Below, in pieces: positions 1 to 8,634 of a DNA stretch of 64,000 nt. The stretch's first letter is position 1; each line of letters begins with the position of its first letter. The DNA is from Minisyncoccota bacterium (GTDB taxonomy: Bacteria; Patescibacteriota; Minisyncoccia; Phycocordibacterales; UBA9973): the NCBI GenBank assembly GCA_041661005.1, contig JBAZVG010000001.1, positions 295,544 to 359,543 on the forward strand. The letters run 5' to 3'. Made by a program: the position numbers and the translations under genes. A model generated the notes under the pieces. It searched no databases, was not told the DNA's origin, and worked only from the letters and a program-made list of their open reading frames with translations.

Positions 1-1
1 G

Positions 2-664
2 GAAATGTCTTCCCAGCAATTAGTGGACAGAATGCTTTCCGCTGAAAGCCGGGTAAATGCTTGGAATTTACGCACTGGCCGTTTATCTTCTGACAAAGAA
101 TTTTCCCAACTTCGAGACTCGCTGGACAAACTTGCAAAAGCTAAAATATTCATCGATGATCAACCGGGAAATTCAATCGTTAGAATGAAAGCTCTTTCCC
201 GTAGGTTAAAAGCAGAAAAAGGACTTGATCTGATCGTCGTCGACTATTTACAACTTATGTCAACTTCAAAGAGTTATGATTCGATGGTCAACCAAGTGAC
301 AGAAATCAGCAGATCACTAAAAAGCTTAGCAAAAGAATTGGATGTGCCAGTACTCGCGCTTTCTCAGCTTTCTCGAGCAGTGGAATCTCGTGGCGGAAAA
401 CCTAGACTTTCAGACCTTCGCGATTCAGGATCCATCGAACAAGATGCAGACGTTGTAATGTTCATACATAGAGACGACAAAGGAAAAGACGAATCAGAAA
501 AAACAAACATCGCTGAAATTTTGATTGAAAAACACCGAAATGGTCCGACGGGAAAAGTCGATCTTTATTTCGATGAAAAAACCACAACATTCCAAAATCT
601 GGAAAAAAGCAATCTAAGTGAATTCGCGCCAGCAAAAGTCAAGGGAGATTTGGATGAATTTTAA
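2..664 (+). CDS. dnaB: Replicative DNA helicase DnaB, C-terminal RecA-like domain. 5' end lies outside the window.
   Basis: Translation shows DnaB C-terminal motifs ('LIVVDYLQLM', 'ISRSLKSLAKELDVPVLALSQLSR', 'DLRDSGSIEQDADVV', ending '...GPTGKVDLYFDEKTTTF'). The ORF runs to the window edge. Confidence 0.7.
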   Translation, partial: EMSSQQLVDRMLSAESRVNAWNLRTGRLSSDKEFSQLRDSLDKLAKAKIFIDDQPGNSIVRMKALSRRLKAEKGLDLIVVDYLQLMSTSKSYDSMVNQVTEISRSLKSLAKELDVPVLALSQLSRAVESRGGKPRLSDLRDSGSIEQDADVVMFIHRDDKGKDESEKTNIAEILIEKHRNGPTGKVDLYFDEKTTTFQNLEKSNLSEFAPAKVKGDLDEF

Positions 665-666
665 AT

Positions 667-1278
667 ATGGACATTATAGATAAACTGACAGAAATTTTTA
701 AAGAATTCCCCGGAATCGGAGAACGCCAAGCCAGACGCTTTGTTTATTTTTTAATGTCCAAGAATTCCGCATATGCGGAAAACTTAAGTGTCCTAATTTC
801 AGACTTAAAAAAAGAAGTAGCACAATGTAGAGAATGTTTTAGATTCTTTATTTTAGATCAGAATAAAAGCAAGCTATGTGAGATATGTAGCAACACTAAC
901 ACTGACCCTTCTACCCTCATGATCGTAGAAAAAGATTCTGATTTAGAATCCGTAAAGAAAAGTAGAGCTTATCACGGAAAATATTTTGTTTTAGGTGGAC
1001 TTGTGCCTATCGTTGAAAAAACAACCAAAAGCAGAATTAGAATCGAAGAATTAAAAAACAAAATATCAAGCAGTAAAGAAATTAAAGAGATAATTTTAGC
1101 GTTCTCTTTGAATCCTCAGGGCGACCATACTGATTCTTACGTTCGCGAACAGCTCAAAGACACAGCAGAAAAACTCGGTATCAAAGTTTCCTCCCTCGGC
1201 CGAGGCCTTTCCACTGGCACCGAACTCGAATATTCCGACAACGACACCCTCAAAAATGCGTTAAAGAATAGACAATAA
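667..1278 (+). CDS. recR: Recombination protein RecR
   Basis: HhH N-terminus ('FPGIGERQARR'), C4 zinc finger (CRECFRF...CEICS), Toprim-like 'LMIVEKDSDLES'. ~200 aa. The start codon follows the dnaB stop by 3 nt. Confidence 0.85.
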   Translation: MDIIDKLTEIFKEFPGIGERQARRFVYFLMSKNSAYAENLSVLISDLKKEVAQCRECFRFFILDQNKSKLCEICSNTNTDPSTLMIVEKDSDLESVKKSRAYHGKYFVLGGLVPIVEKTTKSRIRIEELKNKISSSKEIKEIILAFSLNPQGDHTDSYVREQLKDTAEKLGIKVSSLGRGLSTGTELEYSDNDTLKNALKNRQ

Positions 1279-1308
1279 AAAAGCCGACTATGGTCGGCTT
1301 TTTTATTT
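1279..1308. terminator. Bidirectional rho-independent terminator between convergent recR and rplU
   Basis: Hairpin AAAAGCCGAC-TATG-GTCGGCTTTT flanked by A/T runs on both strands. Confidence 0.75.
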
Positions 1309-1620
1309 TATTGAAATAATTTTTACTTTAAAAAATGGTTGGCGGTGGCCGTTACGGCGTAAGTAACGGGATTTTTGTTTGTATTTTACTACGAGAATTT
1401 TTCTAGCACGGCCGATTTCCACTATTTCAGCATCTACCTTTGCGCCGGTGATGTATGGAGTACCGATAGTAGTATCCTTACCATCATCAACAAGTAAGAC
1501 TTTATCAAAAGAAACTTTATCCCCTTTTTTATATTCCCCTATTATTTTCTCAATAGAAACAAGGCTTCCTTTGGAGACCTTGTATTGTTTCCCGCCTGTT
1601 TGTATTACTGCAAATTCCAT
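1303..1620 (-). CDS. rplU: Ribosomal protein bL21
   Basis: 'MEFAVIQTGGKQYKV...' is the canonical L21 N-terminus. The longer ORF (to 1656) would overlap the neighbouring gene, so the start was placed at the internal Met. Confidence 0.8.
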   Translation of the reverse strand: MEFAVIQTGGKQYKVSKGSLVSIEKIIGEYKKGDKVSFDKVLLVDDGKDTTIGTPYITGAKVDAEIVEIGRARKILVVKYKQKSRYLRRNGHRQPFFKVKIISIK

Positions 1621-1676
1621 AAACTGTATACTATATGAAATTTCACAAAAAAGCAAGTCTTTGTTATACTATTCGT

Positions 1677-2702
1677 ATGATGCAAACAAAAATTATTGAG
1701 CGTTATTTTTTCTTTGGGTTATTATTAACAACCTTTATTTTCACATTCTTTATTTTTCGCCCTTTTTGGATCGTGCTCGTGCTTGGATTATCCTTTTCTA
1801 TAGTCCTCTACCCTATATACGAATGGCTTAAAAAAATAAAAATTCCTGATTGGTTAGCTTCTCTTTTTACTGTGACCTTTTTTACTGTCGTAGTCTGCGG
1901 TCCGCTTTTAGGTATTGGCGCTCTTGTGTTCAATCAAAGCCAAGACGTCTATCATACAGTTACAGATAGCGGAAGCGCCAAGCCCTTTTTGAAATCGATA
2001 GAAAATAAGATTAATAAAATATTACCCGGAAGCGTGCAATTTGATATTAATAAAAAAACAACTGAACTGGTTTCTTATTTATCAAATAATATAGAAAGCA
2101 TATTTACCACTACCGTTTCCGCTTTTTTCTCATTTGCCTTGATTCTCTTAATTATCTTTTATTTTTTAAAAGATGGAGCACAGTGGAGAAAAGCCATCAT
2201 CGTACTCAGCCCACTTGGGGATAAAGACGATGAAAAAATAATCACTAGGCTTGCGCAGGCCGTAACCGGAGTTATAAAGGGATCTCTTTTGATAGCCCTC
2301 ATTCAAGGTATCTTGATGGGTTTTGGATTTTGGTTATTTGGCATCCAAAACGCCGCCCTCTGGGGTGTCGTGGCCGCCATTACATCCCTTGTTCCAACCC
2401 TTGGGACTTCTTTGGTTTCGATTCCAGCAATACTTTTCCTTTTTCTCACAGGAGATACTACATCCGCCATTGGTCTTTTGATTTGGTCGGTCATTATGGT
2501 TGGAATGATCGATAATTTTTTAGGCCCGATCATTGTCGGCAAAAAGATGAAAATATCTTCCCTCCTGATCCTCTTTTCAGTCCTTGGTGGAATTTCACTT
2601 TTAGGGCCGGTCGGTATTTTAGTGGGACCTTTGACAGTAAGCTTACTTTATACTCTTATCTCTATCTACAGAAATGAATTTAAACAAAATACAACTTTAT
2701 AA
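1677..2702 (+). CDS. AI-2E family (PerM/YdiK-like) membrane transporter
   Basis: ~340 aa, 7-8 predicted TM helices, with the conserved C-terminal 'GLLIWSVIMVGMIDNFLGPIIVGKKMKISSLLILFSVLGG' region typical of AI-2E. Start taken at 'MMQTKII' to avoid overlap with the rplU start. Confidence 0.65.
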   Translation: MMQTKIIERYFFFGLLLTTFIFTFFIFRPFWIVLVLGLSFSIVLYPIYEWLKKIKIPDWLASLFTVTFFTVVVCGPLLGIGALVFNQSQDVYHTVTDSGSAKPFLKSIENKINKILPGSVQFDINKKTTELVSYLSNNIESIFTTTVSAFFSFALILLIIFYFLKDGAQWRKAIIVLSPLGDKDDEKIITRLAQAVTGVIKGSLLIALIQGILMGFGFWLFGIQNAALWGVVAAITSLVPTLGTSLVSIPAILFLFLTGDTTSAIGLLIWSVIMVGMIDNFLGPIIVGKKMKISSLLILFSVLGGISLLGPVGILVGPLTVSLLYTLISIYRNEFKQNTTL

Positions 2703-4107
2703 CACCTTAACACGAAAAAAAGAAAAATTTTCGCCGATTGAAAAGAATGAAGTCCGCATGTATACCTGTGGACCAACGGTTTACGACTATACCCATATAG
2801 GCAATCTGCGTTCCTATGTTTTCGCTGACATACTATGTCGCACCCTCAGATATGGTGGATTTAAAGTAAAACAAGTGATGAATATTACCGATATAGGACA
2901 TCTCTCTAGTGATGCAGACTCGGGCGAAGATAAAATGACAAAAGGACTTTTGCGCGAAGGCAAGGCTCTTACCCTCAAAAATATGAGAGAGCTTGCAGAA
3001 TTTTATACCGAAAAATTCAAGAAAGATTTAACAGAACTCAACATCCAAATGCCGGATGGCCTCTACTTTGCTAGTGATTATATAAAAGAAGATATAGAAC
3101 TGATACAAAAATTAGAAAAAAATAACTACACATACAAAACTAGCGACGGAATCTATTTCGATATTTCAAAAATGTCGGATTATGGCGTTCTGTGGGGCGG
3201 AAAAAGAAATTGGGATGAAGGTCATGCGAGAGTTACCGAAAATTCAGAAAAAAAGAACCCGGAAGATTTTGCGCTTTGGAAATTCAATTCAGAAATTGGT
3301 TTTGAATCTACGTGGGGAAAAGGCTTCCCGGGTTGGCACATTGAATGTTCAGCGATGGGCATAAAATTTTTAGGTGAACAGTTTGATATTCACACAGGAG
3401 GCATAGACCTTATTCCCACCCATCACACAAATGAAATAGCCCAATCAGAATCTGCAACCGGCAAAAAGCCTTTCGTTAAATTTTGGATGCATAGCGAATT
3501 TGTCGACACTGGAAATGAAAAAATGTCTAAATCAAAAGGCAATTTCTTGAGACTAGATAGCTTGAATGAAAAGAACATCAACCCCATAACTTATCGTTTT
3601 TGGCTCTTGATGGCTAGTTATCGCACAAAGGTAAACTTCGTCTGGGAAGCCCTAGAGGGCGCAGAAACGGCCTTAAAACGCCTTTATAACCTATATTTAG
3701 AACTTGACGAGGCTAAATCCGCCAAAGGCGGATCGCCCGACGCTTCTACTGAAGCGTTTAGGGGTAAGGTAAACAAAGAATATGAGAAAAAGTTCAAAGA
3801 GTTCCTAGAAGATGATCTAGATACCCCGAGAGCATTGACCGTCCTCTGGGATATATTAAAAGATGAAAATGTGACGAACGCCGATAAAAAAGCAACAGTT
3901 TTAGATTTTGACAAAGTATTGGGTCTAGGATTTGAAAATTTGAAAGAAGAAAAAATCCCAGAAGAAGTGATGAAGCTAGTAGAAGAGCGCGAACAAGCTC
4001 GTCAAAATAAAGATTTCAAAAAATCTGATGAACTAAGAAAAGAAATTAATTCGCTAGGCTATGAAGTGAAAGATACAGCCGAGGGGCAGAAGATTTCTAA
4101 GATTTAA
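2674..4107 (+). CDS. cysS: Cysteinyl-tRNA synthetase
   Basis: Class I HIGH ('YTHIGNLRSY') and KMSKS ('KMSKSKGN') motifs. 'CGPTVYDY' zinc-binding start. DALR-like C-terminus. 477 aa. Confidence 0.9.
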   Translation: MNLNKIQLYNTLTRKKEKFSPIEKNEVRMYTCGPTVYDYTHIGNLRSYVFADILCRTLRYGGFKVKQVMNITDIGHLSSDADSGEDKMTKGLLREGKALTLKNMRELAEFYTEKFKKDLTELNIQMPDGLYFASDYIKEDIELIQKLEKNNYTYKTSDGIYFDISKMSDYGVLWGGKRNWDEGHARVTENSEKKNPEDFALWKFNSEIGFESTWGKGFPGWHIECSAMGIKFLGEQFDIHTGGIDLIPTHHTNEIAQSESATGKKPFVKFWMHSEFVDTGNEKMSKSKGNFLRLDSLNEKNINPITYRFWLLMASYRTKVNFVWEALEGAETALKRLYNLYLELDEAKSAKGGSPDASTEAFRGKVNKEYEKKFKEFLEDDLDTPRALTVLWDILKDENVTNADKKATVLDFDKVLGLGFENLKEEKIPEEVMKLVEEREQARQNKDFKKSDELRKEINSLGYEVKDTAEGQKISKI

Positions 4108-4121
4108 TGTTGTTAATTTGT

Positions 4122-4166
4122 GCATATGCTAGTTTTCACAACATTATCTAAGATTTCTGCATATGC
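4122..4166. repeat. Left inverted-repeat arm (GCATATGC octamer x2 plus TTTTCACAACATT) flanking a small GC-rich ORF
   Basis: 4122-4146 reverse-complements to AATGTTGTGAAAACTAGCATATGC, matching 4665-4688 AATGTTGTGAATTTTCGCATATGC at 20 of 24 positions. The palindromic octamer GCATATGC occurs at 4122, 4159 and 4680. Confidence 0.5.
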
Positions 4167-4200
4167 GGATTTTTTAGATAGATGTAAAGATAAAACTGAA

Positions 4201-4242
4201 ATAGCCAGACACTTTTTCCTCCTTTCGGTGTGTACTGGCTAT
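4201..4242 (-). terminator. Hairpin terminator of the 4268-4588 gene; loop motif shared with 22806-22845
   Basis: ATAGCCAGACAC...GTGT(A)CTGGCTAT stem with loop 'TTTTTCCTCCTTTCGG', followed on the minus strand by a T-rich run. Confidence 0.4.
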
Positions 4243-4267
4243 TGAGAGTATTAGACTCCCGGCTTTT

Positions 4268-4588
4268 TTATGCAGAAACAGGATGTTCAAGTTCATCTTT
4301 CTCCATGGCCGCGATGAGCTCGTTCAGATTCACAAATATCGAACGGCCTTCGAAATCTCCTTCTTCAGAGACACCATCATTCACCTTGTATTGCAGATGC
4401 ACCTTTACCGATTCCTTCCCAACCCTGGCACTTGGAACACCGTGTTGTCGGTAAATTGAAGCATTCAGGTAAACAACCTCCATGACTTGATTGCCAATCC
4501 AAACTTCTCCAGGTAGCAACCTAGGATGTGTGAACATTTCAGGACACTTTTCCCGCATTTCTGCTTCTCGTTCTGCTTTACTCATCAT
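4268..4588 (-). CDS. Hypothetical protein (106 aa), GC-richer than its surroundings, bracketed by inverted repeats
   Basis: Clean ORF with no recognisable motifs. Local GC is clearly above the genome background. Confidence 0.4.
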   Translation of the reverse strand: MMSKAEREAEMREKCPEMFTHPRLLPGEVWIGNQVMEVVYLNASIYRQHGVPSARVGKESVKVHLQYKVNDGVSEEGDFEGRSIFVNLNELIAAMEKDELEHPVSA

Positions 4589-4665
4589 AACAAAGAGCTC
4601 CTTTCAAGCTCTAGGGTTTAAGAACGTATCACTTAAAAACTAATATATATATAGGCTTTTGTCAA

Positions 4666-4701
4666 TGTTGTGAATTTTCGCATATGCGAAAATTCACAAC
4701 A
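4666..4701. promoter_or_regulatory. Perfect 36-bp palindrome TGTTGTGAATTTTCGCATATGCGAAAATTCACAACA (operator-like; right IR arm)
   Basis: Verified base-by-base as its own reverse complement. Lies just upstream of the 4268-4588 (-) gene start region. Confidence 0.55.
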
Positions 4702-4713
4702 GGATTTTGATTC

Positions 4714-5292
4714 TTATGGTTTAAAAATTTTCTTGCGATAGATGATGATTATCTCAATAATATTGAAAGCTATTAAATAGAACCCGAAAGAATAGATGGT
4801 GAAAATCCAGTCTTTGATAATAAGAATTCCAATTATATTCACTATCGTTGTAGAAACATAGAGGAGACCTGATTCGGATTCTGGATTATTCCATGATTTT
4901 TTAAAAGTTGGAACAAAAGCTAAAGCATCAGCCAGTATCGCAAATAAAATAGAGACAGCTAGATTATGAGTGATGACATAAAGCACTAAAGATAGTAGAG
5001 CAAGGACTCCACACACTATGTCAAAAGCAGAAATATTCCAATGCCAATTTTTTTTCCAAATAGAAACAATAAAAACAACAAGCGGTCCGAATCCGGCCAT
5101 TAAAATTGGAATCACAGAAAGTTGAGCTCCAGCTTTAAGTTGAAAAAACACGCCGATAAATGGAGCCAACATCCAAATAAACCAGGAAACTAGATTGGGT
5201 CGAGTCTGCCCAAAAAACATATCTCGAAAATAGATATAATAACCAATTACATAGAATATGACCCCTAAATAAATAACATTTTCCGGGAACAT
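4714..5292 (-). CDS. Hypothetical polytopic membrane protein (192 aa)
   Basis: ORF with ~6 hydrophobic helices and a Trp/Phe-rich sequence. No motif recognised. Confidence 0.45.
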   Translation of the reverse strand: MFPENVIYLGVIFYVIGYYIYFRDMFFGQTRPNLVSWFIWMLAPFIGVFFQLKAGAQLSVIPILMAGFGPLVVFIVSIWKKNWHWNISAFDIVCGVLALLSLVLYVITHNLAVSILFAILADALAFVPTFKKSWNNPESESGLLYVSTTIVNIIGILIIKDWIFTIYSFGFYLIAFNIIEIIIIYRKKIFKP

Positions 5293-5296
5293 TGTG

Positions 5297-6400
5297 TTAT
5301 ATCCCCTCTTTCTTGAGCTCTTCGATGAGCGCGCGGGATGAGCGGGAAATTTTTGAAGGCATTTTTATATTGAGTTTGATTAAGAGATCGCCACGTTTAC
5401 TTTTTGAGATAGGCACACCTTTACCACGCACTCGCAGAATTTCATTTACAGATACGCCTTCCGGAATAGTGACTTTGATTTCTCCGTCGAGGGTCTCGAT
5501 CGAATGTTCTACACCTAAAAGTGCATCAGAAAGTTTCAAATTTAAATTCATCACTAAATCATTGCCATCGCGCTTGAATACTGTATGTGGCGCCACATTT
5601 ATTTTTATATAAAGATCTCCTGTTGTTCCTTTGGAAGCCGCTTCGCCATAACCCGTCATCCGAATCATTTCCCCATCTCGGATGCCAGCCGGAATCACAA
5701 TTGAAACTTCTTCTTCCCGACGAAGCACCCCTTTACCTTTACACATCTCACAAATTTCTTTCGGCACTTCACCTGTCCCCGAACAAACTTCGCAAATTTT
5801 AGTATTGGCAATGTTGCCAAAAATTGTTCTTTTTGATTCACGAATTTTTCCTTGACCGTTACAGGTCTTGCAAGTTTCTATTTTAGAACCCACCTTCGCG
5901 CCAGAGCCATGGCAGATGAGACAATTTGACATTTTAGTAATCAAAACTTTTCTATTGGTGCCAAAAATAGAATCAGAAAAAGAAATTTGAATTTCAGTGG
6001 AAATATCTCTACCGCGTTTTTGCTCTCTCCTGCCCCCGCCCATACCACCACCAAAGAAATCACTAAAAATGTCATTCAGATTACCAAAATCAAAATCTGC
6101 ATTTCCATTTTGAAAACCACTAAAATCAAATCCCTCAAACCCACCCTGCCTCGAACCGCCGTAACCTCCGGTGGAGGCGCTTCCCATATTTTCAAATTGA
6201 AATCCATACTGATCGTATTTTGAACGCTTGGTATCATCCGAAAGAACCTGATAAGCTTCGTTTACTTGCTTAAACTTTGTTTCATTGCCTTCTTTTTTGT
6301 CAGGATGATATTTGTGCGCCAACTTATAAAAAGCCTTTTTGATATCATCCTTGGACGCGCTCTTATTTACTCCTAATATTTCATAATAGTCTTTATTCAT
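5297..6400 (-). CDS. dnaJ: Chaperone DnaJ
   Basis: J-domain ('DYYEILGV...HPDK'), Gly/Phe-rich linker, four CxxCxGxG zinc-finger repeats, C-terminal substrate domain. Confidence 0.9.
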   Translation of the reverse strand: MNKDYYEILGVNKSASKDDIKKAFYKLAHKYHPDKKEGNETKFKQVNEAYQVLSDDTKRSKYDQYGFQFENMGSASTGGYGGSRQGGFEGFDFSGFQNGNADFDFGNLNDIFSDFFGGGMGGGRREQKRGRDISTEIQISFSDSIFGTNRKVLITKMSNCLICHGSGAKVGSKIETCKTCNGQGKIRESKRTIFGNIANTKICEVCSGTGEVPKEICEMCKGKGVLRREEEVSIVIPAGIRDGEMIRMTGYGEAASKGTTGDLYIKINVAPHTVFKRDGNDLVMNLNLKLSDALLGVEHSIETLDGEIKVTIPEGVSVNEILRVRGKGVPISKSKRGDLLIKLNIKMPSKISRSSRALIEELKKEGI

Positions 6401-6415
6401 AACGTTATTCCCACA

Positions 6416-7945
6416 TTATATCATAGGCTCAGCTTCCTGTGAAGCTTTTGTTTTTGGCCTTTCTTCCTTAAACACTTCTTCTGAAGCGTCGGGTGATCCG
6501 CTTTCAGCGGATTCAGCCTCTTTTTCATTTTCTTTCCCTTTAGCTTTTCCTTCAATTATCGCCTTTTCCTCAGCGCTCCTGATGATCGTAGCTTCTTCTT
6601 CGGCGATTAGTTTGGCCGCGTCGTCCTTTGGTATTGAATATTTTCTGCGAGACGCTTCGATAATTTCTTGTCGATACGACGGATGCGTCGGAGGAAGAAC
6701 TCGCAGGGTCTCAGCCGAAAATGGATCATAAGATTCTCCATCAATGGTCATTTTTATATAAAATTCCGCTACTGCCAAATTGATCATATCTTTGACGTCA
6801 AAAATTGGCGCAAATTCTGGTTTTAATTTAACTGCATCTTCACCACCGACTCTGAAACAGATTATGCTTCCTGTGTTTCCAAGGACTGCGTGCTGAACCT
6901 GTGGAAGAAGCTGTCCGATATACTGGTGCGCCATAGTTAGATTGAGCGCATATTTTCTAGCTTCAGATAAAATATTTTCAAATGTTTGAGTGACGATATT
7001 GTGGAACTCATCGATGTATAAATAAAAATCCTTACGATCTTTTTCTGGAATGCTTGCTCGCTCCATTCCCGCTTGTTTTATTTTTGTCAGGAACATTGAA
7101 CCGAAGAAAGAAGAATTTTCTTCTCCGATACGACCTTTGGAAAGGTTAATAAAAATTATTTTCTCCTGATTCATGAGTTCACTAATATCTATTTTGTTTT
7201 GTTTTTGTCCAAAGATATTTCGGAGCAACGGATCCGAAAGAAATTGCCCGAGCTTGTTCACTAGCGGGATGATAGCGTCGGTGTCAAATTTCTCCGACCA
7301 ATCGGCAAATTCGATAGCGAAGAATCTCTTCACCATGTCGTCTGTGATGTATTCCACCACTTTCTGCCTGTAATTTCTATCGGTCAGCATTGAGATCATC
7401 CCACGCATGGTGGCATGTGGATAGTCGAGAAGCGCCAAACACGTAAATCGAAAGACGTGTTCTAGGCGGGGCGTCCAGTTGGCGCCGAATTGTTTATGTA
7501 AAACTTCAATCAAGCCTTGAGTCAATTGAAATTTAAAAAGCGGGTCCACATTAGCAAGCGGATTAAACGACGCCGGAAAATCAATATCAGCCGGGTCGAT
7601 AATGCAGACATCCTCGATACGCTCTTTGGGAATATAATCCAGCATCGCATCGATCACATCACCGTGCGGGTCAATGAGACACAAGCCATGATTGTATGTT
7701 ACGTCTTGGCGAATGAAAAGTTCGAGTAATTTCGTCTTACCGACACCCGACTTTCCAACGATGTAAAGATGCCTTCGGCGATCGACGCGCTTGATGCCGA
7801 AAATAAATTTTTTTTCTTCAAGCGAAGCTACATAATTAGTGCGTCCAATGAAAGAAACCTCTTCGGGTTTCACTTTGCCAAAAACGGGCAACTCTGGCGG
7901 TGGCGGTCCGTATTTGATTATTTGCACTCGATTAGGCTTGGGCAT
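6416..7945 (-). CDS. HerA/FtsK/VirB4-superfamily P-loop ATPase (DUF87-like), paralog 1
   Basis: Walker A 'GKSGVGKT' followed by 'IDPHGD' (HerA-like DPHGE/D). Walker B 'FYLYIDEFHNIV'. 509 aa with an acidic/lysine-rich C-tail. Paralogous to 12963-15098. Confidence 0.6.
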   Translation of the reverse strand: MPKPNRVQIIKYGPPPPELPVFGKVKPEEVSFIGRTNYVASLEEKKFIFGIKRVDRRRHLYIVGKSGVGKTKLLELFIRQDVTYNHGLCLIDPHGDVIDAMLDYIPKERIEDVCIIDPADIDFPASFNPLANVDPLFKFQLTQGLIEVLHKQFGANWTPRLEHVFRFTCLALLDYPHATMRGMISMLTDRNYRQKVVEYITDDMVKRFFAIEFADWSEKFDTDAIIPLVNKLGQFLSDPLLRNIFGQKQNKIDISELMNQEKIIFINLSKGRIGEENSSFFGSMFLTKIKQAGMERASIPEKDRKDFYLYIDEFHNIVTQTFENILSEARKYALNLTMAHQYIGQLLPQVQHAVLGNTGSIICFRVGGEDAVKLKPEFAPIFDVKDMINLAVAEFYIKMTIDGESYDPFSAETLRVLPPTHPSYRQEIIEASRRKYSIPKDDAAKLIAEEEATIIRSAEEKAIIEGKAKGKENEKEAESAESGSPDASEEVFKEERPKTKASQEAEPMI

Positions 7946-7946
7946 A

Positions 7947-8237
7947 TTATTTATACTTTAACATGAATTTGTAAGAAAAAGGTTCAGCATATTTTTCTAA
8001 AATAATTCTTTCATATGGATTCAATTTATCGTAACCGAGAATAAAATTTTTAACGACGCTCCACTCTTCGCGTCCAGCCGGAATAATTTCCCTAAAATTC
8101 AGGATTGTATCAACAATGCCCAAAGCCCGGTTTTTTGCGTTATTTGCAGCCTCTATTTTTCCAGAATCATAAAAAGAAAAAAGTCTGCCTATTTCAGGAT
8201 ATATGTTTGCCATATAAAAAAGTGAATTTTTCTCCAT
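7947..8237 (-). CDS. Hypothetical protein (96 aa)
   Basis: ORF tightly packed between the ATPase and the upstream small gene, with no motif. Confidence 0.4.
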   Translation of the reverse strand: MEKNSLFYMANIYPEIGRLFSFYDSGKIEAANNAKNRALGIVDTILNFREIIPAGREEWSVVKNFILGYDKLNPYERIILEKYAEPFSYKFMLKYK

Positions 8238-8240
8238 AAA

Positions 8241-8597
8241 TTATTTCAAGTCAATAAATTTATAAATAATACTGGTGGCTTTCTTGATAATTTCATTGTT
8301 GTTTATATTCCTGGAACGATTGCCAAAATTTGGTTTTATATTAACCATTGAATCAAATTCCAAAACTCCTTCTGGATTTTCCTCAAAACGAACATTAAAA
8401 CCCCAAATATCTTCAAATTTTGAACCCGTGCTAGTTAATAGTTCAGAGTCCTCAATATGATAATCACCACCCAAAGCCACTCGACCTCCTTCGATATCCA
8501 CCGCCCCCTTTATCATCGTTCCATACCAAAATTCTGCTAACTTCTTAAGATCTTCTACGCTGATTTTATGATCTAAAATAATAATTTTCGTGTCCAT
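8241..8597 (-). CDS. Hypothetical protein (118 aa)
   Basis: ORF spaced 3 nt from the downstream gene, suggesting an operon. No motif recognised. Confidence 0.4.
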   Translation of the reverse strand: MDTKIIILDHKISVEDLKKLAEFWYGTMIKGAVDIEGGRVALGGDYHIEDSELLTSTGSKFEDIWGFNVRFEENPEGVLEFDSMVNIKPNFGNRSRNINNNEIIKKATSIIYKFIDLK

Positions 8598-8634
8598 ATA
8601 CTAGAAATATATTAGCACAATTTTGGTCTATTTT

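Noticed and set aside
1379-1699. 106-aa ORF on the + strand
   Set aside because: Antisense to rplU, which has a clear L21 signature.
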